A stretch of DNA of 64,000 nucleotides, from assembly GCA_965247115.1 (NCBI GenBank), contig CBDFGR010000003.1, forward strand, positions 1,760,001 to 1,824,000. The letters run 5' to 3'. Each line of letters starts with the position of its first letter. Position 1 is the first letter of the stretch. Source of the stretch: Myxococcota bacterium (GTDB lineage: Bacteria > Myxococcota_A > UBA9160 > SZUA-336). Positions 40,741 to 49,999 of this stretch are shown one piece after another. A program made the position numbers and the translations under genes. Under the pieces are notes generated by a model, which had not been told where the DNA came from, searched no databases, and worked only from the letters and a program-made list of their open reading frames with translations.

Positions 40741-41220
40741 CTAGCGATTTGATCTGCGCCTGCTGGGGCGGTCGAGCTTGCGGTCGATGCGCTGCCCCTT
40801 TCGGTCAAGGTGGCGGTCGATCCGTTCTCCTTTGCGGTCGAGGTGCCGGTCTATGCGCTCGCCTCTGCGGTCTAGCTGCCGGTCGCGCCGGTCGCCGCGC
40901 CAGTCCAGGCGCTGCTCGATGCGATCTCCCTTGCGGTCCAGCCGCTCGGCGAGCTCGTCGTGCCCAGCGTCCGCTGCCCGTTCCGCCTTGCGGTCCAGCC
41001 GCTCGTCGATGCGCTCACCCTTGCGATCCAGTTTGATGTCTATCCGATCGCCCTTTTCGTCGAGGTACTCCTCCGCGCGATCCCCTCGTCGGTCCAGGCG
41101 CGTCTCGATCCGATCTCCCCTTCGATCGAGCCGCTCCTCGATCGGCTCATCCGCCTCCACAGCCGGCGCGAAACAGATTGCCGCCGCAGTCACCAACACA
41201 TAGAAGTTTCCATTGCGCAT
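40741..41220 (-). CDS. Exported protein made of 11-residue charged repeats
   Basis: Signal peptide, then about 11 units of xxLDR(K/R)G(D/E)RI(D/E); AGGAG RBS upstream. Confidence 0.75.
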   Translation of the reverse strand: MRNGNFYVLVTAAAICFAPAVEADEPIEERLDRRGDRIETRLDRRGDRAEEYLDEKGDRIDIKLDRKGERIDERLDRKAERAADAGHDELAERLDRKGDRIEQRLDWRGDRRDRQLDRRGERIDRHLDRKGERIDRHLDRKGQRIDRKLDRPSRRRSNR

Positions 41221-41409
41221 CGCCGCTATCTCCTGGTTTCTGAGCCATCCCTCATACGCCGTTCAACCGCCAACTCTTCGCTCGGTTGCGCGACCCGCGT
41301 TCCGTAGGGCGTGGAGAGGATGGGGCAGCTATCCTGGTTGTGTGACCAAGAACTGGGCGCAAGTGTGGCTTCTTCCCCCGGGCACCGTCCGGCGAGAAGA
41401 GAGCCGGCC

Positions 41410-41796
41410 GTGAAGACACACGTCGGCGGTTGTCACTGCGGGCGGGTACGGTTCGAGGTAACGGCGCCGTCAGAGGTGCAGGTGTCCGAGTGCAACTGTT
41501 CGATCTGCAGCAGCGCGGGCTACTTGCACCTGATCGTTCCGCGCTCGCGCTTCTCGTTGCTTCAGGGAGCCGACAGCCTGTCGACCTATACCTTCAACAC
41601 GGGAGTCGCGCAGCACTACTTTTGCAAGGTCTGCGGCGTCAAGTCCTTCTACGTGCCTCGCTCGCACCCGGAACAGTACAGTGTCAATTTCCGCTGCCTC
41701 GATCGAGAGTCTTTCTCGAATGTCACGGTCGTCGAGTTTGACGGCCGCAACTGGGAGGAGGCCAGGGCCAAGGAGGTGGCCCACAACGGCCGATGA
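41410..41796 (+). CDS. GFA (Mss4-like) family protein
   Basis: GGCHCGRV, CNCSIC, FCKVCG. Confidence 0.88.
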   Translation: MKTHVGGCHCGRVRFEVTAPSEVQVSECNCSICSSAGYLHLIVPRSRFSLLQGADSLSTYTFNTGVAQHYFCKVCGVKSFYVPRSHPEQYSVNFRCLDRESFSNVTVVEFDGRNWEEARAKEVAHNGR

Positions 41797-41904
41797 GCGT
41801 GCTACAGTGGCCGAGGCCTGTGTTCTAGGCTTCAACCCTCGCCATGCCTACGCTCCGCGACGACGTCGACGCCTGGGAGAAGGCCATTCGGAGGTCATCA
41901 GCAC

Positions 41905-42324
41905 ATGAGCGATCCTGTACGAGGCTCCTGCTTCTGTGGCACCGTAAGGTTTGAGTTCGACCTGCCCACGTCGTTTTGCGCGCACTGTCACTGCACGATG
42001 TGCCAGCGCGCGCACGGCGCCGGTTACGTCACCTGGGTCGGAGTGCCTAAGACGCGCTTCCGCGTGGTGGCGGGCGGCGAGACGCTCACCCCCTTCAAGT
42101 CCTCGGACCACGGCACTCGCTCCTTTTGTGCGAACTGCGGGAGCTCGCTCTTCTGTGAGTCGACACATCACTCCGAGCAGATCGACATCGTGGTCGCGAA
42201 CCTCCAGTCTGCGATCGATCGCGAGCCACAGTCGCACTGCTACTTCGACACCAAGGCTGGGTGGATTCACGTGAGCGACGAGCTTCCGAAGCTCGGCGGA
42301 AAGACCGGCGTAGAGCCGCTGTAG
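41905..42324 (+). CDS. GFA family protein
   Basis: GSCFCG, HCHCTMCQR, FCANCGS. Confidence 0.88.
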   Translation: MSDPVRGSCFCGTVRFEFDLPTSFCAHCHCTMCQRAHGAGYVTWVGVPKTRFRVVAGGETLTPFKSSDHGTRSFCANCGSSLFCESTHHSEQIDIVVANLQSAIDREPQSHCYFDTKAGWIHVSDELPKLGGKTGVEPL

Positions 42325-42332
42325 GAGAGACG

Positions 42333-42767
42333 ATGTCCGTGACCATGACGAGAGCGGAGCGCGAGGCCTTCCTGGCCGACTTGCACGTGGGGATCCTCAG
42401 CATTCCCGAGGCGGACAGGGGCACGCTCGCGGTTCCGATCTGGTACGACTACGAGCCCGGGGGGGAGCTCTGGATGCTCACTGGCAGGGGGTCGCGCAAG
42501 GGGAAGCTCATTGGGAGCGGCACCCGCCTCAGCCTCTGCGCTCAGACCGAGCAGGCGCCGTACAAGTACGTGAGCGTCGAGGGCCCGGTCGTGGGGATCG
42601 AGCCCAGCGATCTGGAGAAGCACCTGCGTCCCATGGCCCGCCGCTACCTCGGTGTTGAGGGAGGCGACCAGTACATCGACGCGATGCCCGCGGATGGCGA
42701 CGACACGGGCATCGTGGTCCGCATGCGCCCCGAGCGCTGGCTCACGGTGGACTACGCCAAGGCCTAG
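42333..42767 (+). CDS. Pyridoxamine 5'-phosphate oxidase-like flavin/F420-binding protein
   Basis: EREAFLAD, VPIWYDY, SRKG, YKYVSVEG, RPERW. Confidence 0.8.
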   Translation: MSVTMTRAEREAFLADLHVGILSIPEADRGTLAVPIWYDYEPGGELWMLTGRGSRKGKLIGSGTRLSLCAQTEQAPYKYVSVEGPVVGIEPSDLEKHLRPMARRYLGVEGGDQYIDAMPADGDDTGIVVRMRPERWLTVDYAKA

Positions 42768-42810
42768 CGAGCGCGCGCAGCTCGGCGAAGCCGAGCGACA
42801 GCGGGTGGCC
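42768..42810 (-). repeat. Partial copy of dispersed palindromic element
   Basis: Reverse complement GGCCACCCGCTGTCGCTCGGCTTCGCCGAGCTGCGCGCGC. Confidence 0.6.
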
Positions 42811-42842
42811 TTCCTGACCTTGTCCAGGGGAGGGAAGAGCGA

Positions 42843-43484
42843 GTGCCGCGACGATCGCACAAAGCCGTACTGTTCGACCTCGACGGAGTCCTGATCGACT
42901 CCTACGAGGTCTGGTTCCAGCTCCTGAACGCGGCCAGCGTGGAGTATCGGGCAGCCCCGATCTCTCGCGAGACCTTCCACGAGTGCTGGGGACAGGGAAT
43001 TCAGGCCGACATCCAGCGGTTCTTCCGAAAGCAGGGAGTCGAGGAGCTCGAGGTGTTCTATGACAATCACTTCATGGACTTCGCAGAGCAACTCTCGGTG
43101 AACCCTGATGCCGGGAACGTCTTTGCGTCCCTCGAGGAACGGGGGATCCCGAGCGCGGTGATCACGAACACGCCGGCCGGGTTGGCGGGGCGCATTCTGG
43201 AGTACGCGGCGCTTGCGCCTGAGGCTCTCGTTGGAGGGACGGACGTGCAGGAGGCGAAGCCGGCGCCGGACATGGTGCTGCGCGGCTGCGAGCTGCTGGG
43301 GGTGCGTCCCTCGGAGGCCGTCGTAGTCGGTGATTCGGACTTCGATCGGGTTGCAGCGCGCGCGGCCGGAGTGCCGTTTGCGGGCTTCGGGATCGAGGGC
43401 GACGTCGAGCTCGAGCGCCTGACGGACCTGATCGCGTACGTCGCGCCGAGCCGATCCTTGACAGGGTTCTCAGAAGCCGATTAG
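42843..43484 (+). CDS. HAD family hydrolase
   Basis: LFDLDGVLIDS, VITN, KPAPD, VVGDS. Confidence 0.9.
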   Translation: MPRRSHKAVLFDLDGVLIDSYEVWFQLLNAASVEYRAAPISRETFHECWGQGIQADIQRFFRKQGVEELEVFYDNHFMDFAEQLSVNPDAGNVFASLEERGIPSAVITNTPAGLAGRILEYAALAPEALVGGTDVQEAKPAPDMVLRGCELLGVRPSEAVVVGDSDFDRVAARAAGVPFAGFGIEGDVELERLTDLIAYVAPSRSLTGFSEAD

Positions 43485-43526
43485 CTAAGCACAGAGCTCG
43501 CGCGATTGTACGCAGGGGAGGCAAGC

Positions 43527-44633
43527 GTGGACTGCCCGATCATCTCCGCCGACTCGCACGTCACCGAGCCGCCGAACACCTACGTGGACTACATCGACCC
43601 GAGGTGGCGCGAGAAGGCCCCGCGCATGGAGCGTCATGGCGACACGGACCTCTTCGTGATCGACGGAATGAAGCGGCCGGTCCCGATGGGGCTGGTGGCG
43701 GCGGCGGGCAAGCCCGCGGAGGAGCTGCGCGAGGGAGGCGTCCTCTTCGAGGACCTGCACCGCAGTGGCTGGGACTCGACCGTACGCCTTCAGGATCAGG
43801 AACGCGACGGGGTCTCTGCGGAGGTCATCTACCCGACGGTGGGCATGGTGCTCTGCAACCATCGGGACTTCGACTACAAGAAGGCCTGCTTCGACGCCTA
43901 CAACCGCTGGATCGTCGAGTACTGCTCGACAGCCCCCGACCGACTCATCGGCCAGGGGCAGACGGCCATGCGCTCTCCAGAGGAAGGTGTCGCCGATCTG
44001 GAGGCCATCAAGCGGCTCGGGCTGCGAGGTGTGATGATGCCGGGCAATCCAGCTGTCGAGGACTACGACTCTCCGGTCTACGATCCCGTCTGGGAGGCGG
44101 CCGTCGAGCTCGACCTCCCGCTGTCCTTCCATATCCTGACCACGCGCGATTCCTCTCCCGTTCGAGGGCCGCGGATGAATTTCTTCCTCACAATCATCCG
44201 AGGCTGTCAGGACATCATGGGCACCTTGATTCTCGGCGGCGTCTTTGAGCGTCACCCCGAGCTCCGGATCGTCTGCGTCGAGGCAGACGCCGGCTGGGTC
44301 CCCCACTTCATGTATCGCATGGACCACGCGTACAAGCGACACCGGAACTGGCTCCCGCCAGGGCAGGAGCTCTCGAGGCTCCCCTCGGAATACTTCGCCG
44401 CCAACATCTACACCACGTTCCAGGACGACTGGGTGGCCTTCAAGATTGCGGACCTCATGAATGCCGAGCGGCTGATGTGGGCGAACGATTTCCCCCACAG
44501 CGACTCCACCTGGCCTTGGTCCCAGTCGCTGCTCGCCGAGCACAGCAAGGACTTGAGCCCGACGCAGGCCGAGCGGATCCTGTGCCGAAACGCTGCCGAG
44601 CTTTATGGCATCGATCTTGCGAAACTGAGCTGA
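43527..44633 (+). CDS. Amidohydrolase_2 family protein
   Basis: ISADSHVTEP, LSFH, VEADAGW, MWANDFPHSD. Confidence 0.9.
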   Translation: MDCPIISADSHVTEPPNTYVDYIDPRWREKAPRMERHGDTDLFVIDGMKRPVPMGLVAAAGKPAEELREGGVLFEDLHRSGWDSTVRLQDQERDGVSAEVIYPTVGMVLCNHRDFDYKKACFDAYNRWIVEYCSTAPDRLIGQGQTAMRSPEEGVADLEAIKRLGLRGVMMPGNPAVEDYDSPVYDPVWEAAVELDLPLSFHILTTRDSSPVRGPRMNFFLTIIRGCQDIMGTLILGGVFERHPELRIVCVEADAGWVPHFMYRMDHAYKRHRNWLPPGQELSRLPSEYFAANIYTTFQDDWVAFKIADLMNAERLMWANDFPHSDSTWPWSQSLLAEHSKDLSPTQAERILCRNAAELYGIDLAKLS

Positions 44634-44649
44634 GAAGCGGGAGGAATCC

Positions 44650-45108
44650 ATGGAGAAGGCGACGTTCGCGGCCGGCTGCTTCTGGGGGCCTGAGGTCAAG
44701 TTCCGAGAGGTCCCCGGCGTGATCGATGTCTGTGTGGGATATGTCGGCGGGAAGCTGGAGAACCCGACCTATGAAGACGTGTGCTATCGCGACACCGGTC
44801 ACGCTGAGGCGGTCGAGATCGAGTTCGATGCAAACCAGATCTCCTACGAGGAGCTCCTCGAGGTCTTTTGGAGCTGCCACAACCCCACAACGCTGAACCG
44901 CCAGGGCCCCGATATCGGGACGCAGTATCGGTCGGCCGTGTTCTTTCACTCGCCGGAGCAGGAGAAGGCGGCCCTCGAGTCGAAGGCGAAGCTCGAGGTC
45001 TCGGGTCGGTACCGAACCCCCATCGTGACGGAGATCGTGCCCGCTGCCACCTTCTATCGCGCGGAAGACTATCACCAGCGCTACCTGGAGAAACGCCGGC
45101 TCGTCTAA
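44650..45108 (+). CDS. msrA: Peptide methionine (S)-sulfoxide reductase
   Basis: GCFWG, TGHAEAV, QGPDIGTQYRS, AEDYHQRY. Confidence 0.95.
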   Translation: MEKATFAAGCFWGPEVKFREVPGVIDVCVGYVGGKLENPTYEDVCYRDTGHAEAVEIEFDANQISYEELLEVFWSCHNPTTLNRQGPDIGTQYRSAVFFHSPEQEKAALESKAKLEVSGRYRTPIVTEIVPAATFYRAEDYHQRYLEKRRLV

Positions 45109-45130
45109 GCATGCAGGGCCGAAGTCTGAG

Positions 45131-45820
45131 CTACCAGATGCCGCGCAGTAGCCGGTACGGCGTCTCCTTCATGTAGCTCTGGTACTCGTCCCTGCGCGCT
45201 CGGATCAGCTGCCCCTCTTCGATGGGGATGGACAGGACGAACCCCGCGGCCACCACGAGCGCCCAGCAGAGCTGCGCCGCGTTTGGATTCACGATGACCG
45301 AGCAGAGGGAGATGAAGACGAAGCCCCGGTACATGGGATGCCGCACGCTTGCGTACGAGCCTTCTGTCAAGAGCGGGGTCTCCGCTGTCGCCGTGTGTGT
45401 CTGCTCGCCGCCCGGGATCCCGAGCATGCCCTTCATCGACTCGAAGGTGGCTCCCTCGAGGAACGCGAGGAAGGAGAGCAAGAAGCCGCAGGTTCCGAGG
45501 AACGTCAGCCATCCGGGGAGCTCGTAGCCCGGACCGGGCAGTGGCCGGTGCACGGCGTAGAGCAGCACCCAGGTGGCGATCGCGACCGACACGTAGAGCT
45601 GACGCTCTCGCATGCTGCCCTCTGGCCTGCCGCTCACGAGTGTCTTGAAGGCCGGCAGCATCATCACGTAGTGAATCGCCATGTACGCGACGAAGAGTGC
45701 AGCGTTCCACACGTAGGCGCCCGCCGACGCATCGGGGCTGTGCCGAAACCCCATCAGCATCGAACCGGACACCGCCGCCAACCCGATGTATGCAAACCAG
45801 CTGTATGCTCTGCCCATCAC
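45131..45820 (-). CDS. Isoprenylcysteine carboxyl methyltransferase / PEMT-like membrane protein
   Basis: Multi-TM; LLTEGSYASVRHPMY, IEEGQL..YQSY. Confidence 0.75.
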   Translation of the reverse strand: MMGRAYSWFAYIGLAAVSGSMLMGFRHSPDASAGAYVWNAALFVAYMAIHYVMMLPAFKTLVSGRPEGSMRERQLYVSVAIATWVLLYAVHRPLPGPGYELPGWLTFLGTCGFLLSFLAFLEGATFESMKGMLGIPGGEQTHTATAETPLLTEGSYASVRHPMYRGFVFISLCSVIVNPNAAQLCWALVVAAGFVLSIPIEEGQLIRARRDEYQSYMKETPYRLLRGIW

Positions 45821-45865
45821 GTCTCCCCCCTGTTGCTTGACGAGCGCTTCCGCTCAGAGTTCGAT

Positions 45866-47089
45866 CTAGCCCACGACCCCCTCTGCCATCAACGTGGCCA
45901 CGTCTTCGTCGGGGAGATCGAGCTCCCGCAGGATCTCGAGAGTGTGCTCGCCCAGCTCCGGAGCCACGCACTGGATGCGCCCTGGCGTCTTCGAAAGGTT
46001 GGCGGGGGGCGCGACCATCTTCTGGCGCCCGTAGCGCGGGTGGTCGACGTCGACGAGGTAGCCATTCGCGAGGACGGCGGGGTCGTTTGGGAGATCTCCC
46101 ACGCGCTGGACCCGGTCGTAGATCAGGTCCGGATTCTGGCCGAGCCGCTTCTCCCAGGTCTCGCGCGACTCCATGACGAAGCGCAGGTCGAGAATCTCGA
46201 CCAGCTCCGCCGCGTTCTTGGCGCGTGCCTGCACGTCGACGAAGCGCGGGTCGTCGAGCAAGTACTCGAGCTCCATCACGCGACAGAGGGGGGCGAAGTC
46301 CCGGTCCGAGTCGATCATTCCCAGAGTGAGCCACTCCCCGTCGCCGCAGCGGTAGTGGCTGAACAGGGGATTGGCCGCGACGGTGCGATCGAAGCGCGGC
46401 CACTCCGGCAGATTCTTGTAGAGGCAGGTTCCGATCCCCCAGTACTCGAGCCACATCGAGGCCTGGAGATGGGAGACCTCCACCTCCTGTCCGATGCCAT
46501 AGCGCTCACGCGCGGCAACGGCCGCGAGAATCCCGTGAGCGAGCATGCTGGCGCCCATGATGTCCGCAAACCCGTAGCTGATCCAGTTCGGCGGATCGCC
46601 GGGCTCGCCGCTCGCCCAGTACATGCCCGAACGCGCCTGCCCGACTGCGTCGAGCGCCGGACGCTCCGCCTCCGCTCCCTTCTGTCCGTAGCCAGAGGTG
46701 CTGGCATAGATGAGCTTGGGATTGATCTTCGCGAGGTCGTCGTAGCCCAGGCCGAGGCGCTTGAAAACCCCGGGTCGGAAGTTCTGGATGAAGATGTCCG
46801 CCTCGGCAACCAGGCGCTTCAGGAGCTCGCGCCCGCGCTCGCTCTTCAGGTCGAGGGCGATCGAGCGCTTGTTGCGGTTCATGATGTCGAAGAGCGCGCT
46901 CGTGCCGTCGGGCATCTCGACATCGGCACCGGCCACGATCGTCAGGCCGCGTGCCGCGTCCGGTACGTGCGGATTTTCGACCTTGATCACCTGCGCGCCG
47001 AGATCCCCGAGCATCACGCCGGCCAGCGGTCCGAATGCCCACGTGGTGCACTCGACCACCTTCATCCCTGTGAGTGGTCCCTTCTCCAT
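45866..47089 (-). CDS. CaiB/BaiF family III CoA-transferase
   Basis: LGDLGAQVIKVE, NRNKRSIALDLK, NFRPG, APELGEHT. Confidence 0.93.
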   Translation of the reverse strand: MEKGPLTGMKVVECTTWAFGPLAGVMLGDLGAQVIKVENPHVPDAARGLTIVAGADVEMPDGTSALFDIMNRNKRSIALDLKSERGRELLKRLVAEADIFIQNFRPGVFKRLGLGYDDLAKINPKLIYASTSGYGQKGAEAERPALDAVGQARSGMYWASGEPGDPPNWISYGFADIMGASMLAHGILAAVAARERYGIGQEVEVSHLQASMWLEYWGIGTCLYKNLPEWPRFDRTVAANPLFSHYRCGDGEWLTLGMIDSDRDFAPLCRVMELEYLLDDPRFVDVQARAKNAAELVEILDLRFVMESRETWEKRLGQNPDLIYDRVQRVGDLPNDPAVLANGYLVDVDHPRYGRQKMVAPPANLSKTPGRIQCVAPELGEHTLEILRELDLPDEDVATLMAEGVVG

Positions 47090-47159
47090 GTTCGTCACCT
47101 CCACGTGCCATTCTACCGCTCCCGGCAACGTGGCGAGGCTTCGCAGGAGAACAGCGAGC

Positions 47160-48389
47160 TCAGACCTCGAGGCGGACGCTGCCCTGGCCGAACAGAACGA
47201 TGCGAGCGATGCCGCTGGCGCGGTTTCGGGCGGGCCGCAGGCGCAGCAGGCGCGGGATGGTCGCGCGAAGGGTGGCTCCCCACCAGGTGTGACCCATCAG
47301 GATCTTCGGTGGCACGGCTTGCAGGCGTTGGATGCTCACCAGCTCGGGCGTGCGTTCGGCCTCAACAGCGCTTGCGGCGGAGTCGATGCGCTCCGGATTC
47401 GACGTCTCCTGCAACACCGGCACCAGGTGGTTGGCGGTGACGACCGCGTCGCGCAGCGCGATGTTGATGCCCTGGCCCCCCACCGGGGACATGGTGTGCG
47501 CGGCGTCGCCGATCAGGAGCGCGCCCGGCTGATACCAGCTCACGACGCGATCGGAGATGGCGGAGAGCAGGAAGGGATGCGTGAGCTCGCCCTTGTGCTT
47601 CGTGAGGTGGGCTCCCAGATCTGGGGTCACGTGCCGGGCCATCTCCTCTACCCATTCCTCGATACCCCTCTTGCGCAGCTCCCCGAAGCTCCCCTTCGTG
47701 ATCACCCACGCGACCTGCAGCAGGCCATCGGGTGCGCGGTATGCGATCAGTAGGTGGGCACTGCCGATGTAGACACGCACTGGGGCGTTCCCCGCGAGAA
47801 AGTCCGGCAGCGGCACTTTGAACCAGACCACGTCGACGTCGAGACCCTGGCGGGTCGCCTCGAATCCACCGCGCCGGCGCACAGCCGAGGCGCGCCCGTC
47901 GGCTCCAACGACAAGGTCGGCACGCAGCTCTTTCTCGCCACCCGGGCCCCGCACGCGGACGCCGACGACTCGGCCGTTGTCTCTCAGGAGCTCCCGCACG
48001 CTCGTGTCGAGCTCGACTCGGAAGTCTGGTGAGGAGCCGGCCGCGCCGATCACAGCCTCGAGGAAGGCGGGCTGGGAGAAGGCGGTCGGTGGCCGCGGGC
48101 CGACGAAGGCCGGGTCGATCGCGAGGCGGAATACGGGCCGGGCATTTGCGTAGAGCTCGATCCCGGTCGGAGCGGACTGCGGCACTTCCTTGAAGATGTC
48201 GTCGAGGCCCATCTGCTCGAGTGCCTCGCGACCCGTCGGCAGCAACACCTCGCCGCGAAACTCGCGGGTGAAGTCGCGCTGGCGCTCGAGCAGGGTCACC
48301 GGGACGCCTCGCGAGGAGAGCACGTGGGCCAGGCTGGCTCCCGCGGGCCCGGCGCCGACGACGATGACCGAGCCTCCTGCAGCGGACAT
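47160..48389 (-). CDS. FAD-dependent monooxygenase/oxidoreductase
   Basis: VGAGPAG, GADGRAS, IGDAAHTMSPVGGQGIN. Confidence 0.9.
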   Translation of the reverse strand: MSAAGGSVIVVGAGPAGASLAHVLSSRGVPVTLLERQRDFTREFRGEVLLPTGREALEQMGLDDIFKEVPQSAPTGIELYANARPVFRLAIDPAFVGPRPPTAFSQPAFLEAVIGAAGSSPDFRVELDTSVRELLRDNGRVVGVRVRGPGGEKELRADLVVGADGRASAVRRRGGFEATRQGLDVDVVWFKVPLPDFLAGNAPVRVYIGSAHLLIAYRAPDGLLQVAWVITKGSFGELRKRGIEEWVEEMARHVTPDLGAHLTKHKGELTHPFLLSAISDRVVSWYQPGALLIGDAAHTMSPVGGQGINIALRDAVVTANHLVPVLQETSNPERIDSAASAVEAERTPELVSIQRLQAVPPKILMGHTWWGATLRATIPRLLRLRPARNRASGIARIVLFGQGSVRLEV

Positions 48390-48429
48390 GCTGGTCTCCT
48401 CTCTGGGTCAAGGTAGCAGCCCGGCGTGT

Positions 48430-48538
48430 GCGGGGGCGGCGCGCAGTGAGGTGCTAGCCGAACGTAGAGCGGGTGGCCGTCAGCGGCCCGCCGGTCGCTG
48501 ACTCGCGGGAGGACTGCTCGCGCGCCGGGCCCCGCAAG
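48430..48538 (-). repeat. Dispersed palindromic element overlapping the 3' end of imuA
   Basis: Reverse complement CTTGCGGGGCCCGGCGCGCGAGCAGTCCTCCCGCGAGTCAGCGACC...GGCCACCCGC closely matches the copy at 16499. Confidence 0.85.
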
Positions 48539-49281
48539 AAGCCCAGGCGGAAGTCGCAGGCTCGGTCCGCTGGGCCAGTGCGGTCGCGCTGGAGTGTGAC
48601 TCGGTTTTCGAGTCCCTCGAAAAGTCCTCCCTCGAAGTGGGCTCGACGTCGCTCGGTGTATAGTCCCTGCGTCGCAAACGAGCCCGCTACCCTTTCGGAG
48701 CCCAGCACGAGGGCCGTCGCGCGCGACTCTCGTACGGCCCGCAGTAAGCGGGACCACACGGAGCCGCCCATCTTCCCCAGAGCTCCCCGGGAAGCCCCTT
48801 CCAGGTCGAGTGTTACTACAGCAAAGCCCGTTTTGAGCAGAAGCTCTGCAGAGCGCAGGGCCGCGCGCAGCTCGGGAGGGCGCACCCAGAGGACGCGCTG
48901 GAGGTCCACTCCCGCCCGCATGAGAAAGCGTGGATCAAGTGCGTTCGGCAGATCGATCCAGCCGACGAGCTCCCCGCGAGCCGTGGCCCCGGCGGCCATG
49001 CGATAGGCCAGTGCCGTTCGTCCCGAGGAGATTTCTCCGCACACCTCGATGAGGCGTCCCTGTCGGAGGGCGGTGGGGCGGAGGAGTGCGTCCGGGAGAA
49101 ACGCGGTCTCCTCCGCCCCGGGGTTGGTGCTGGTTTTGCGATTGAGAAGTGAACCCGGGAAGCCGAGAGCTCCCTGTACTGGGGGAACCGGAACTCCCAG
49201 CCGAACTCGATCCGAAAGCCCTGCCTCGTGCAGGGCCTCCATCAGTTCTTGAGTTCGGCTTGTGGCTGGCCCCGACCTCAC
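48454..49281 (-). CDS. imuA: ImuA-like RecA-fold protein
   Basis: GRLIEVCGEISSGRT (degenerate Walker A), WIDLPNALDP, GVDLQRVLWVRP, ALRSAELLL; alternative ATG start at 49242. Confidence 0.72.
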   Translation of the reverse strand: MRSGPATSRTQELMEALHEAGLSDRVRLGVPVPPVQGALGFPGSLLNRKTSTNPGAEETAFLPDALLRPTALRQGRLIEVCGEISSGRTALAYRMAAGATARGELVGWIDLPNALDPRFLMRAGVDLQRVLWVRPPELRAALRSAELLLKTGFAVVTLDLEGASRGALGKMGGSVWSRLLRAVRESRATALVLGSERVAGSFATQGLYTERRRAHFEGGLFEGLENRVTLQRDRTGPADRACDFRLGFLRGPAREQSSRESATGGPLTATRSTFG

Positions 49282-49287
49282 CCCGGG

Positions 49288-49317
49288 ATTTTCGTGTTTT
49301 ATTCGTATCCCGTCAAG
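49288..49317 (-). promoter_or_regulatory. Putative promoter/operator of imuA: TTGAC box followed by CGAA-N7-CGAA
   Basis: Minus strand CTTGACGGGATACGAATAAAACACGAAAAT. Confidence 0.6.
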
Positions 49318-49334
49318 AGGAGGTCGGGTCTGCT

Positions 49335-49661
49335 CTACTGGAGCAGCTCCTTGAAGAGGGTCAGATTTTCGCCCTCCTCCGGGGAGACATCAGCGTCGGC
49401 GCCTACGACCTCCTCCATGTACTGCACGAACAGCTTCCGGTGCTCCAGCGGGATCTGCGTCGGATCCACGCTCTCGGGATGGGGTGGCGTCTTGAGCCAC
49501 TCCTCCACCTGTCGCTTCTCCGCGTCATCCAGGTCCAGCCGGTGGATCATCCTGGAGACAAAGCTGCGCTCCTCCGACTGCACCTCGAGATCCGCCCAGG
49601 CAAAGGAGCAGACGAAACGCATCAGGCGTAGCCGTTCATCGCGATCGAGTTCTTCGAGCAT
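49335..49661 (-). CDS. TerB family protein
   Basis: FAWADLEVQSEER...GADADVSPEE paired TerB-type acidic motifs. Confidence 0.75.
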   Translation of the reverse strand: MLEELDRDERLRLMRFVCSFAWADLEVQSEERSFVSRMIHRLDLDDAEKRQVEEWLKTPPHPESVDPTQIPLEHRKLFVQYMEEVVGADADVSPEEGENLTLFKELLQ

Positions 49662-49728
49662 CCAGGCTCCCGGAGCGAGAGCCGATTCTCTACCCCCGTC
49701 GTCGAGGAAACAAGGGGACTGGCAAGTA

Positions 49729-49840
49729 GTCGGAGGTCGGGAACGTCCCCCGGAGGACTGTGGTAGCGGTGCTCGAGGCGTGCAGGGCGCCTGAGCACGC
49801 AGGGAGCGGAGTCCTCCGGGGGACGTTCCCGACCTCCGAC
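49729..49840. repeat. Perfect 31-bp inverted repeat with 50-nt spacer
   Basis: GTCGGAGGTCGGGAACGTCCCCCGGAGGACT at 49729-49759 and its exact reverse complement at 49810-49840. Confidence 0.95.
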
Positions 49841-49999
49841 GGCATGCGAGGCGAGGACCGGTGCAGCAACCCCGTTGCATTGCGCGGGCCACAGCGTGAG
49901 CCGCAGAATGAAGATGTCGGCCGCTGGTCGTCCGGTGCGAGGCATGTTGCCCGGACCGCAGCTCCGCGGGGAGCAGATGCCTCCGCGAGAGGAGAAGTC

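Noticed and set aside
48405..48424. AGGTAGCAGC resembling the SRP RNA motif
   Set aside because: The upstream CAGG..GNRA stem-loop and the long helix are missing.
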